Below are positions 37,901 through 49,900 of a stretch of 64,000 nt of DNA, piece by piece. The stretch lies in NCBI GenBank assembly GCA_051294905.1, contig CM119371.1, positions 41,232,001 to 41,296,000 of the forward strand, written 5' to 3'. The position numbers and the translations under genes are program-made. Source of the stretch: Botryllus schlosseri (Eukaryota). The notes beneath the pieces are model-generated. The model saw only the letters and a list, made by a program, of their open reading frames with translations. It was not told where the DNA came from and did not search any database. Each line of letters opens with the position of its first letter. Within the stretch, counting starts at the first letter, position 1.

Positions 37901-40900
37901 TCAACGACAGGCCTGAACAATAGGCGTCTTCAAAAATAACTTTAATTCTCAAATCGTACTGGCTACTTCATAAAATTGTTAGGTTACCTAATTTAAGCCT
38001 ACACACCAAATTTGGCTCAATTCCAACCAGTAGCCGCATTGCTACAGGAGAAGAAAGTTTATATTTATTATATAAAAATAAATAACAGTTTGAAAACTTT
38101 CTGTTCACCCCATGAAAGTGTTAGGTTGCCTATAGAAACGATGTTCAACAAATTTGGTTCAATTCCAACCAGTGTAAGCGGAGTTATTGCCGTCTAAAAA
38201 TTTGGATTATAAATATAATAGTATTTACGGTGACCCATACTTCAATTATTTATTATAGTGGTGCCCACCGTAAATACTATATTATTCAAATCCAGATTTT
38301 TAGACGGCAATAACTCCGCTTACACTGGTTGGAATTGAACCAAATTTATTAAACATCTTTTCTATAGACAACCTAACTCTTTCCTGGGGTGAACAGAAAA
38401 TTTTTCGTTATTTATTTTTATATAATAAATAGAAACTTTCTTCTCTCGTAGCAATGCGGCTACTGGTTGGAATTGAGCCAAATTTGGTGTGTAGGCTTAA
38501 ATTAGGTAACCTAGCAATTTTATCAAGTAGGAGAATGAAAGTAATTTTTGAAGACCCCTACTGAACAAATTTTGCATATACGAAACGCCATGTGCGCTAG
38601 ATATAATCGCTCGCGTAATCATTCACATCTTTAACAGGTCTGGTGCGCACGACATAACCGTCGGCCTGAGCAATTGCATCTGTAATAGGCCTCGTGAGCA
38701 TGATGTGCCTGGCCTGAACTATCGCGTCGCCGGCCTCCCAGGCTTTGGCTGCTATCTATTATCGTTAAGAGACAATGCCATTAATTGTATAATGATAAGC
38801 GATGGTTATGTCATCATTGTTCATTAGTGACATCGTAAAACAGAATGACATCGTACACTAAAACACAACTATTCATGTACTGCGAATGCAGGGTGCGTAC
38901 TATACATGCGTGCAGGCTTTTTTCCAGAATTTGCATGCCATTTTAAGGGTGCGTATTATACATGGGGGGCGTACTATACTTGGAAAATTACGGTATTTGG
39001 AAAAGCTGTGTAGCTGTAATTTGGAAAAGCTGTTACTGACCACCTTTTATACAGACTTCAACATAAGAACTCTGACCGAGCCTATTACCTTTCTAGGCCC
39101 GCAAATCGAGTCACAACAGCTCGTGGTACCAGGTACGCTACAGTTGCACGCTTGAGCCACTTCAAGACAACAGTCGCAGCAATTGTTTGATTCGTCTGCT
39201 TTTCCGCAGGGATTACAGTCGGTACAGTTTCCGCTTGCCTGTTGAAAGATGAATGAATATTTTGTTACTAGGGACTTTAACTTATAGTCATGTTTAGAGT
39301 TAAGGTGTTGCTGTAGTTGAGGTTGTCAAAGTAGTCAGTGGTAATCATCAGCAACAACTAGTGAACACGTTATATAATACTCACCACGCAGCACTGCCTT
39401 ACAAAAATGATTATAACAAATAAGATAAGGTAGCAGCAGATACAGATCACGATAATGGCCGGGGTTTCCAAAGTCGAAGACGTAGTTGTCGATTCATTTA
39501 CAAGTGTAGGCTGAAATAAAATAAGACAGGATTATCATGGATGGATGATTCTGTGCAACATTACACAAGACTGGATTTAAAATTATTATTTTTCAAACTT
39601 AATTGGATAATTGATAAATTGTTAGGTTGCCTACAATAGCGGTGCACGTCAAATTTGGTTCTCTTTCAACCTGTAGGAGCAGAGCAATAATAGTAAAAAA
39701 ATTGGATTTAAAAAAAAAAATTAAATTGAATAGGAAGTTCTTACCTCCACGACGTTCTTCATAAAATAAAACATTACTTTTTATTTCTAATTTTTATTGG
39801 CTACTCATGATATTACCACGTTGTCAGTGTAAAAATGACGCATACCGTAACACATTTGGCTCCATTCCAACCCATTGAAGTTGGGTTATTGAATTGGCAA
39901 AAAATACTTTTTACGGTAACAAATTCTATCATGTAGCTAATCAAATAACTTCCCTTCCGTGGGTCGGAATTTAGTGAAATTTCGTATGCATCGTTTTTTT
40001 TAGACGACGAAACAATTTCATGAGTTGGCAGTATAGTTTAAAGGTAACTATATTTGTATTTAATAAATGCGAAATTTTCTCAGTAGAATCAAAGTAGCTC
40101 ATGTCCATTTACGCACTTTGAGAAAATCAAGTTTTGGAAAATTTCATTTTCTTTCGATTATATCTTGGCGCCATGGTTATGTTTGTCACATTGTTTCAAA
40201 CACGACACAACATCAGGCCTGCCGAGAGAGGAATATTTCCATCGCATGCAATTCAATGGAGAAAAAGGTACCGTAATTCCACCTTGCATTGCAATTACTC
40301 ATATCATTTGGTTCATTTCAAACATTTTGACTTTTAGTAGGCAACATTTCTGAACTTCTGCGTTATTACTAGGGTCATTTTTATTGACCTCAAAAAATCA
40401 ATAATATGACTTTATTTTTTGGAAAATATGACTTTATGTGAAAATCGTGTATTTTTACATGCGAACAATGTCGCTCACGGAATTAAAGACTAAAACATAC
40501 TCAATATAACAGTAATACACATTCATTATTATTTTAAACAGCTGTTGTAGTACAGTTTCATGTAGTGCGGAATGTTAGAGTCTTTGAAGTTATGATTTGG
40601 ACGTAAAATGACTTTGGTAAGGAAAATGCGCGCTCCACAGACGCTGATGTGGGTTGACACTTCTGCAGTTTTGCATAAAGCGCTGGTGAAATGTGTTGTC
40701 TTTGTAGCTCCATAATTTGTTTCACATCGTTTTGTCCAATAGCTTCTCAATGTAATTTCTGAGCTCAAGCGGATATTTTCCGAAATCAAGAGCATTTAGA
40801 TCAGCACGGGTCTCTTTGATGGTGTACGAACAACTTTCCATTTTGAATATTAAGTTTGAAATATTGTTGTAGTGGAGACATATTTCTGTTAACTGACTAG

Positions 40901-43082
40901 TCGTTGACTGAATTTCGACGCTCTTTACAATAACTCCTTCCTATACATCGAGTATTTCTTACTAACTTGTTGAGATACTGAGCAGCATTCAACCAGCTAA
41001 CCCAGTGGTTCTCAACCGGTGTGCCGCGGCACACTAGTGTGCCAATTGGACTGCTCAGGTGTGCCGCGAGCAAATGTGGTAAACTATGTCGAAGTATAAG
41101 AAAAATCCAAATTTTGAGTGTGTCATTGCTGGTTTTTCTATTGAATTTACCCGATCAAGACACACGATGCACAATACGATGCAGTAACAGATATAAGGAT
41201 GTCGAGGCGACCGTATCTCAATCTGACATCCCCATTAGGTCATGGATTGGGTCTTTCTCTGGGCTTCATATTGTAAAGACGCTTTGAGCACAGCAACGTA
41301 TAGGGCGGAGAATCTAATACATCTGCGATTCTTCGTAACTTGCTACTGCACTGCCATGAATCAAACTGGGGCCTCCACCGTCAATGGGGGTGATACGCTA
41401 GTTTGCCCACGCATAGTAGCATTTAGAACGGTGATAACTAAACTCGGGCAATTGTACCGTGATATTGAGGTGTGGCTGAAGGTGTTCACCTTATACTTGT
41501 CACCCCAATCAGAACCGGATGCAGAACAGGGACATGACGCAGGTTGATGACCTTTTTCTGTTTCTATTTGTAGTCGTATTCTTGCCATGTCTTTGTAATC
41601 GATGATCATTTTACACCATACCGATATTACTTATTTTGATTCCTGAGATGCCAACCTATAGCACGGCGCCCAATTTTTGTAAGACACTGCTTTTACGGAT
41701 CGGAGGACGAGTAGCAGCCTACATAAACCTCCAACACCTAGGAAGGCATTCTCACAATCGAGAAATGAACTCATTTGGAAGTGATGTTCACGTTTACAAA
41801 TTAGAATTACCAACATAGCCATTCACATTGCGATTGTTAGGTAGCGTGCTTGCACTGGAGGTAAAATGTAGGCTCAGGGCGCAAAGTTATGTTGCAGGCG
41901 ACAAATTCGAGAATTGAGAATAAAGTTAATAAAATTATATCAGTTACCAATTTCTCATCGCGGAGGTTTATTATTCCGGTTTGTTGGAACTGCAATACAA
42001 CTGCGGGTGGCTGCCAGCAACACTATTGAGGTATACTATCCCCACAGGTGCCATTACACGATCTGCGTGGAAATGCGTTTGGCATAATACACTTCTACGC
42101 CTCTGTATCGGTTAGTGGCGATCGCGACTGGACTCTTCAATGCGACGGTTAATTACATCGACAATGCGTTAGTGGGCAGACTTTATTGTCAAGCCAATCT
42201 CATGAAATTAAGCTCAACCTGAAGTTGAAACGAGATCCCAGCAGGCCAGTTATGTGGTAAGCGGGTAATTCAAAAACCTCACACGGAAGCGGAGAAAGTT
42301 ATTCTTCCGGCCTGCAATAAAATTGTAAAGAAATGTTTGGGAAGAATTGTAAACGATTCCCATGTCTAATGATACCATTCGCATACGTATTTGTGAGATG
42401 TCCGCTGAGATAAAAGAAAACTCAAGCAGAGATAAGCCTACTTGAGTGCTCCGAAAAGTAGTAGTACTTCGTCAGTGCCCACTGCCCGCCTCTGTGGTTG
42501 CTGCTATACGCATTCTGGTAGTTTGCCTGTGCCGTAAGCCAAAATAATTCAGAACCACTGTGCTAGTGTGCCGCGAAGTATTTTTCGTTTTCAAAGTGTG
42601 CCGCGAGGTCAAAAAGGTTGAGAACCACTGAGCTAACCCAACGAGTAACTGCCTTACTTTCTTAGTGCTTAATTGCTTCACCGCTTAAATTGTTATTTTT
42701 TATTCAAACTATACATACAATGATATGACTTTATAACTCAAAAATATGACTACCGGTATATGTAACTTGAAAAGCTGATTTATGACCTAACCAGGAAATA
42801 TGACTTTATAACTTTCTTAATATACCTAATCGGGATGCGGTTTTCGCGTTGAAGTACTTTCATGACTTACTGATGCATAGAAAAAAATATGACTTTAATG
42901 ACCCTAGTTATTACTAGCTTCTCTAGGCCATACATATTCCTGAACTTCTACATCATAAGGCCATATTTCAATCACTTCTGTGCACAGTGTGTGAAGTTGA
43001 GAAACTCTCAGAAAGCCGGCATAGGTCCAATGGATAGAGCTGGCATTCTCTTGAAAAGCAGAAAGACAAAACTTACCGCCAT
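28909..43082 (-). CDS. Uncharacterised single-pass membrane protein with a Cys-rich cytoplasmic domain (~244 aa); exons 43082-43077, 39510-39385, 39238-39089, 37305-37249, 29304-28909
   Basis: All introns are GT-AG and phase 0. Product: MA / PTLVNESTTTSSTLETPAIIVICICCYLILFVIIIFVRQCCV / ASGNCTDCNPCGKADESNNCCDCCLEVAQACNCSVPGTTSCCDSICGPRK / RTDLGDCLTCACCTGEPSG / CVDCSGCTDC...CQTPDCGEISCLCCTINC followed by a Pro/Tyr/Gln-rich tail. The first (2-codon) exon is the least certain. Confidence 0.82.
29432..29775. mobile_element. Inverted pair of Penelope pLTR fragments (29432-29545 minus; 29610-29775 plus)
   Basis: Both match the 43915-44077 repeat in opposite orientations; hammerhead cores are degenerate. 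Confidence 0.75.
30383..30854. mobile_element. Palindromic hAT-type MITE
   Basis: Ends tagggctg / cagcccta with long internal inverted arms; perfect TSD ctgtacag. Confidence 0.85.
31466..33710 (-). mobile_element. piggyBac transposon with a decayed transposase
   Basis: TTAA on both sides; TIR ccctttgtggac / gtccacaaaggg. Broken minus-strand frames include an acidic N-terminus (SSDESSSPDESDED), VKWYDNRSVILASTF...RWDRK, and a Cys-rich C-terminal remnant. A ~30-bp tandem duplication lies at 32190-32250. Confidence 0.92.
34590..35398 (+). mobile_element. Decayed hAT element fragment (transposase C-terminus)
   Basis: LQCCQPTAAAVER, then after a frameshift LGKLLSEDRHFLPENVEK..LYYN, resembling the hAT C-terminal dimerisation motif. 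Boundaries approximate. Confidence 0.65.
35770..36190 (+). repeat. Degenerate ~100-bp tandem repeat, about 4 units
   Basis: attcagaa recurs near 35771, 35862, 35973 and 36078 with gcagctaaagtttgatat...taaatatgatgt motifs. Confidence 0.7.
37574..38993. mobile_element. Tc1/mariner-superfamily (Tc2/pogo-like) non-autonomous element
   Basis: TA-flanked ends ctgtaattatctatgtataatgcgc / gcgtactatacttggaaaattacgg, with repeated gggtgcgtattata motifs. Confidence 0.65.
37921..38560. mobile_element. 640-bp near-complete palindrome, hAT-type element
   Basis: Arms of ~310 bp inverted around ~38240-38260; ends taggcgtcttcaaaaat / atttttgaagaccccta; perfect TSD ctgaacaa. Confidence 0.92.
40370..42906 (-). 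mobile_element. hAT element with transposase remnant, carrying a nested Charlie-type hAT
   Basis: TIR tagggtcatt / aatgacccta, perfect TSD gttattac, subterminal atatgacttta repeats. The minus strand encodes ISPALYAKLQKCQPTSASVERAFS. Confidence 0.88.
41003..42630 (+). mobile_element. hAT Charlie/Buster-type deletion derivative
   Basis: TIR cagtggttctcaacc / ggttgagaaccactg, perfect TSD agctaacc. Remnant KPHTEAEKVILPACNKIVK...IPMSNDTIRIRICEMS at 42270-42420. Confidence 0.9.
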
Positions 43083-43914
43083 TGAGTTAATGCCTCATTG
43101 TCCAAGGCATGTAGTTTTTCCAAATCCTTCACGAATAGATTTAACTAAATAGCTTAAATCCCTGAAAATGAGATAGAACGTGTTAGCAGGATTACTCGAA
43201 CTCTGCAGTATCTATTGCACGACACATGATGATACTTTATCTTAATTCAAATTCTACTTTGTGCTTCAAATTTTTGGTGACTCTACTCAAGTCATTTTTT
43301 TAATTTGGAAAAACGATTTGTGTCAATTTGTGTATTGACCCGCCTTGCACTCAGATGACTCCCTAGACAAATCGGGCCAGAAACTGTTTTACATACGTTT
43401 GAAAGAAGCTGTTAAGGGTAAAGGTAGTAGAGTACTCAATTTTGGTACTCTAGTAGTATAGAAGTAGAAGTACTGTAGCGATTTCACATTAAGTAAAAAA
43501 GTAAGTATTCTAGGCATAGCTTAGAATAAAAATCGGAAAACTGCAAAGTATAGAAGTAGGAAGTAGGCGAGTACGAAAAACCTACTTGAGTACGGTACTT
43601 CTAAAAAGTAGAAGTACTTCTTTACTGACCATCTGGTTGAGAGTGAGACAAATGAGTGTATTATAAATGCGTGACACCCACTGATCATCCGCATTGCAGA
43701 ATGAAAGCAAACTTTATTTATTTATTAACTATACTATTAAATGACTTCACTTGCTCGCTACAGATCTTAGAATAGTCAGAATAAAATAAAATGAATACAT
43801 TGAATAGAAGAGACAACAAAATTTCGGATTGAAGTAACCGAATTCGACACACTTCATTGACTTCGGCCGTAACCAAAACAAGTCACGTGATGAGATCACG
43901 GATATCAAAATTCA

Positions 43915-45146
43915 ATTAAATAGTATATTCATATTGAAATGAACCCGAATATTTTCGGCTGACACTCGTCAGGGGTAATCGTCAGCAACTAGTAGAGAAT
44001 TGGAAAGAACATTGAATATCAACAATCGTATCACAAAATATGACGTCACCAGCATGAAATTTCGAATGAGAGAACGTTCAATGTACTATTTTTAGGTGAT
44101 ACACGAACTCCTTTTGTTGACAGAGTTTTGGTTGGTGTATTTTGATAAAAGTTGATTCCAAGGCACACAAATGGAATTGTGAACGACCTCGACCTACGAT
44201 TCGAAATCGGTCGTCTCGATAATTATTCGCACAAATCGGATTATCCAACAGATGTTTGCCGATGGCAGAATTAATGGCCTTTGATCGATCAGCATCAATC
44301 TTAAGTGGATGAGTTAAGGGTGCGCTTTTCACATCGCGTGACGCACGTGTTCTGATAAATCTGGGGACATGTTGGTTTATGCGGTCCTGCAGACGTCTTG
44401 ACGTTCTTCCCACGTAGCCACAATCACAGTGGCACCTATATTCGTACACTACATTACTTTGTTGAAGTGCAGGAAGCACGTCTTTGCGTGTTGAAGGGAG
44501 CAGTTGTGTTGTTGTAAAAATCACATTGGTTTTGACTGTATCGTAACATTTACCGACAGCAGAAATCAATTGTTTTTCAAAGCGGGTGGAAATGGGGCCA
44601 ATCCAAGGTAGATGGATATAAACATCTTTTATTGTTCGTGCGGTGGGCTCTGCTCGTTTTTCTGCGTTGAATTGCGTTAATTTCCTCTCCATGCCGCGGC
44701 TGATGACGTGTTCAGGGTAACCGTTATCAAGTAAGATTTTTCGGATGTAGTCAAGTTCTAAACTCAGTTTGTTACCCGAACATATCATCAACGCTCTATG
44801 CACGAGTGTGCCTATGAGGTTAATTTTTCTGCGCCGAGGACTAAATGAATTCCAGCGGAGGTATTGGCCTGTGAATGTCGGTTTCCTGAAAACAGACGTT
44901 TCAAATTTGTTGGTATTGCGCTTTTCAACTAATACGCCCAGAAATGATAACGAGTTATTGCGTTCTTTTTCTATTGTGAATTGCAAGGCCGGGTGAAGCG
45001 AGTTTAAGCGAATGAGAAATTGGTCACACTCCGATTCATTCCTGAAAATGACAAATGTATCATCTACGTATCGGCGGTACAATAGTGGTTTGGCGGACTC
45101 ACGCTGGGACAGAAGCTCGCCCTCGTAATACCCTACGAAAATGTTG
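43915..45146 (-). mobile_element. 5'-truncated Penelope-like retroelement (RT C-terminus + GIY-YIG endonuclease + pLTR)
   Basis: Uninterrupted frame NIFVGYYE...YRRYVDDTF (RT active site), thumb region TSVFRKPTFTGQYL, GIY-YIG VVYEYRCHCDCGYVGRTSRRLQDRINQH. Stop at 44078 is followed by the hammerhead-bearing repeat. Confidence 0.95.
43941..43986 (-). ncRNA. Minimal type I hammerhead ribozyme (intact core)
   Basis: RNA GCUGACGAUUACCC-CUGACGA-GUGUCAGCC-GAAA-AUAU-UC-GGGUUC: conserved CUGANGA, GAAA and UH; stem I ACCC/GGGU; palindromic AAUAUU stem III. Confidence 0.85.
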
Positions 45147-45317
45147 GGTGAGTGGATTCGTATTCATATTTTATCCAATGATACATATATTGTTGATTTA
45201 TCTCAAATCCATGGCCTGATATGTTCTCTGTCCGCTAAATTTTGCACAGCGAGGACTAGCACGTACCTGACCTTTTGTTTTCAATCATCTGCTTTTTCAT
45301 GTTGGGTGTTTCTTCCT

Positions 45318-45690
45318 GGGGAGATAGCGTAGTATGGTGACGATATGCGCCCGGGTGGCCTGGGCTCGATTCCGCATCGTAGGTTATCTGGGCTTCTCTT
45401 CCCCTGCGTCGCTGTTCTTACGATGAAAGAACGCATTCATAAGGAATGGAAAGAGCAAGAAAGAGCCGCAGAATGGAGATTACCATCGAAAAGAATTGTG
45501 ACATCGGGCACTAGGCCGGGGTGGATGCCAGATTAAGAGACCGCAACCATGGTCGTTCGGCATCTGCCTATCTGTATCTGACTAGTCACCTCAAATACCC
45601 AGGCAACATTTTACCTTGCTACGATATCGCTATACTTCTACTTGAACAGACACTTACGACACGTCACTTCTACTTCTACCACAATAAATG
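45318..45690 (+). mobile_element. Probable tRNA-derived SINE; related fragments at 46080-46210 and 55255-55350
   Basis: A-box-like tagcgtagtatgg and B-box-like gggctcgattcc. The body aaagagcaagaaa...ggtggatgccagatt recurs at 46115-46208. Confidence 0.5.
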
Positions 45691-46264
45691 ACTACTTATA
45701 TGCTTCATTTGTTATGATCGTAATGATGCGTTGTCCACGTCCAACATACGCGTTGTGTGTGAGGAATACAAAATATAGAGTTGTAATCGTGAATACTTTG
45801 AATTAGGTTCCTGATACCGATTGGCATTTTGGTCTCGACAAATATACATGGGTTAACGAGTTATAGAGCCGCTGCACTAAGCCAACCTACATTCCTCGCT
45901 AAATATAGCGAGAGATGTAAAGATATTATATTTTCACCCCGCATATTTACATCAAAAAACTTTGAAAGGCTGGAATCTATCGTATTAGAAGTTATACATA
46001 GCAGTGTGAACAGGACATATATATTGCATTTTATTCTTTACTCGTTATAACTCGCGTACAATGATTTGGAGTTGGCGTTATGAAGAACGTAGGCCTACTC
46101 AAAAAGAAGCAAAGAGAAAGAGCAAGAAAAGCGTCTAAAGGACCGCCGAATAAAGATAAGATAAACTGTGAATTCGGGTAGTATGCCGAGGTGGATGCCA
46201 GATTGAGAGATAAGTTGTAAAATTATGCAATAATTGTGTAAATACTTTCCAAAAAACATATGTT

Positions 46265-46510
46265 GTATGAGCCTACGGACAATTAGCACCGGATATAGCC
46301 GACCTATATCGATATGGGATTTTTGGAACCCTCAAAATAGTCGGTTCAGCAACAATAGTACAGATATTTCGTCAAAGGAGCTATATTTGCCCTATATTTT
46401 CAATTGTCCATGTCAATCCACTCTGACGTCACAATTGAATATTCGTGACCTCGTGGCATAAAAAAACAGTAAATAACATGTTTTATACATGTTTGTTTTA
46501 AATTGATTTT
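46265..46510 (+). repeat. Dispersed repeat, second copy at about 54765-55020
   Basis: Shared tagccgac.tatatcgatatgggat..ttggaaccctcaaaa...ccctatattttcaattgtc.atgtcaatccact.tgacgtcacaat. Confidence 0.8.
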
Positions 46511-46981
46511 TGTTTTAAATGCAACCCTAGTGAAAGCGAATGATATCCACCGAGCGGTTATACTGTGGCTTATGAACATTGAACAAACAACATGTTCGAC
46601 ATTGGCGGTCTTGACAGACCATTTACTGGTGAGTGTTGTTATAAAACTTAAAAATTCTCAACTTCTGATAAATATTTGCTGACTATTACAAACCTTTATC
46701 ATTCACTATAAGCCTTACATTGAGGGCCTAATCTGCCGCACAGGCTTTATATTTGAAATGCCTGATGTAGGGCAGGCTGCATGTTACAGTTGCAAAGACA
46801 TATCAGACTGTTTTCATCAATTTATTTTACAATAAAAATCTGTAGATAGCGCAAATAAAAAGACAATAGACAATATTACAAAATAGACTATCACTGTCGG
46901 CGCTCCAATTGAATAATTGTATTTTTCCATAATCATGTAGCCTACGCGATATACACGTAACCCACTCCGAAACAAAGGTGA

Positions 46982-49900
46982 TTAACAGCTTCCTCCGTAT
47001 CCTCGGTGATTCAATTCTCTTGCCAGCTGGCACATGGCGCAAGGAGTACAACAGGTCACGACACAGCAGTCATCGCATATAGAGCCCTGGATATAGAACA
47101 ACACGATTGTATTCGGCACAAATCATCCTAAAACGCCGTGTATCAATAAAGAGTCGAACAGGGATTGGTACGCGCAGTACACACACTAAGGAGATGCCTA
47201 ATTAGCGAGAAACGACTCATTGTATAGCCAAGGCCTACTCAGCAAAGTTGGACATCCAGAAAATGATCAGATTTTCCAAATTGATTAAGAAATAGAACTG
47301 ATAGCTACTTAGTTTTATCCAAGTTACCTTATGATAGAGGAGGTCAGTAACGAAATACTTCTTCTTGTCGAAGTAGCCTACTTCAGGTAAATTTTTCCTA
47401 CTTGAACTATTTACTCAAGTGTTTATGATTTCAAACTACTTCTACTTCATACTGTTCAGTTTTTCAGGCAAAACTAGGCCTAGAATACTTACTTTTGAGT
47501 AGAAATTGAGACAGTTAGCCTACTTCTACTTAACTGAGTAACGACAACTAGTACTTTTACCTCCTTTGTATTAGAATTAGAATTCCACGAAAAGTTAGAA
47601 ACTGAATTAAATTACATCTCAGAAAGAAACACTACAAAATAAAGCTCAGTTCATATCCAATCAGAGTACATTCTTGTATGCATGAGAATGAAAAATGTCT
47701 GTACACCAAGCTTGGCTCGTTTCGCACGATACAGTTCTGATGTAGCATGTTCAGAAAAACCAGAAATTAGATATTAGAATTAAAATCAGATCATAGAAAC
47801 ATTTCACAAATTAGATTAGAATTATATTACCTACATTTCTTTCTATAGCGAGTCCAGTCAACTGCTTTGTTATCTAGCCTAGCTATCTAGTTGGCCAAGT
47901 TAGCTGCTCAATATATGAATACAAATTTATGACGTTTCTTCTGCCCTCCAGAAGTAGCATAAATTACTTTGACTACCTCTGGCGATTTGTAACGTACCTC
48001 AATTCCATGTTTGGCTCTGAAGTGCGACCTCATGGCAAGATGGCCCCCAGGAACGCAGCCGCCACCGTACCCACTGCACCCGACGCAGCAATTCTCGCCC
48101 ATCCTGTCGGCCAAGCATCCGTAGTAAAAGTTTCCGAGCCAAAACACGCAACAACCTGCAATTAGCAGCGGCTTCACATTACACGAATGCTTGCATTCGC
48201 ATGCGATATATTATGCGTTTCTGTATAAAGCAAATTGAAATGAACCCGAATATTTTCGACTGACACTCGTCATGGGTAATCGTCAGCAACTATAGCAGTG
48301 TTGGGATGACTCGAGTCAACTTTTTCGTATGACTCGACTTGACTCGAGTCACTTTGCAAAAAGGACTTGACTTGACTTGACTCGGCGCTTCAGAAATGTG
48401 GACTGACTCGTGAATCGGAGCAAAATTTACGAGTCAATTTCAAGCCATTAAGTAAACGGTGTCGAATAAATCACCCTATCGTATGTATGTTCGGATTGTT
48501 CGCGATACGCAGGTGTTACTAGTGAGAGCAACCATGCAATCATTCACTGATTGTACGTTTCACTGATCCTCCATTGTTACATCATAAATAAATTGACCGA
48601 AGACGAAACGATCACAGCTTACTTTGTCGCACTAGAAATGCCACTCCTGGGTTTTTCCACCCAGATCTGGGTTTTTCGAGCATGACTTGGGTTTCTGTGC
48701 TTGAAATCTGTTTTTTTTTCAACATCATGTCAGGTCAATTTTACGGCGCAAAATTGATTATTAGATTAGTAAGATCTTCTAATGTCGACGGATTCCACTG
48801 TGATTGAAACGGCAGAGTCCAAAGAGACCCATTTACTATTAAAATGAGAGGTCTTGGCGTGATGCGATAGAGCTTCATTGAATAGTGACTACTAGGTCGC
48901 TGAAAGTCATGTTCACAGGGCAACTCTGATTTAGGACTTGAATGCTACCGGTAGCGCTGCAACAAATTCGTTTTCTGTCAGTAAATAGTATGTAACTGCT
49001 GTAAAGTATGCAATTTATTCACATGGAAAGACCAATTGTTGATCTAACTAATTTACCATGTTGACATCAGAGTATATTCACTTTCAACAGGGACACTCAA
49101 AAAGAGACAGTTTGGGCAACGGGGCAAGTTATTCAGAGTGAGAGGGGTTGTTTAATGCAAACGTACTCCTAATTTCATGATTTGGCAGTTTCTTTTCGAC
49201 TAAACATCCCAGATAAAAGTGTTTGTCCCAGGTTTAATGAATCGAAAGCTATTTTCGATATATCTGGTCAGCTCGCAGTCACTAGAATTACCCTACAATC
49301 ATCCTCACGATAGCTGGGGATTAGCATTGTTACTAACATTACGAATATATAATACACCACGTATTGACCCCCCATACCGAATGCCTGGTAGCAATGTGTC
49401 GAGAGGAAAACATCATATTTCGATGGATTTGCTCATTTATCTGAGCAACATGCATATTATAGTATGGAAATGAACCGTTGGGATTTCAATATCAAGGGCT
49501 AAAACTTTTTCTATGTCCTTAAAACTGTCATTGATGACTCTCAGTCACTGTTTTACAGCTATATCATAGAAATTTGAGTGAAATAGAGGATCTGGGTTTT
49601 TCTGTTTTTTTTGAACGTCCAAATCTGGGTTTTTCTAAAATATCTCAGTGGCATCTCTGTGTCGCGGTAGCAGTAGATTAATCTAATAGCAGCGTATCTT
49701 AGGCTGTTCATCAGTGGTTACATTGCGCAGTGCTCACCTTAACCAACCCTCTTGTATGATTTAAATCGAACGAATATAATTTATGCGTTTATATTCTCAC
49801 CGATGTGTAGATGGGTAGAGGCTTCGTAGTTCGTGTTCGATCCTCTATATTGGCTGATAATAGCAGATTGTAGCATGTAGCTATACACTTACTCGCGTAT

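Noticed and set aside
43860..43900. GTCACGTGA E-box/CLEAR-like motif upstream of the Cys-rich gene
   Set aside because: A single short motif with no TSS evidence; could occur by chance.
45345..45536. 63-aa ORF with apparent paralogues ending WMPD
   Set aside because: The related copy at 46080-46206 has an in-frame stop, and the ORF lies within a probable SINE.
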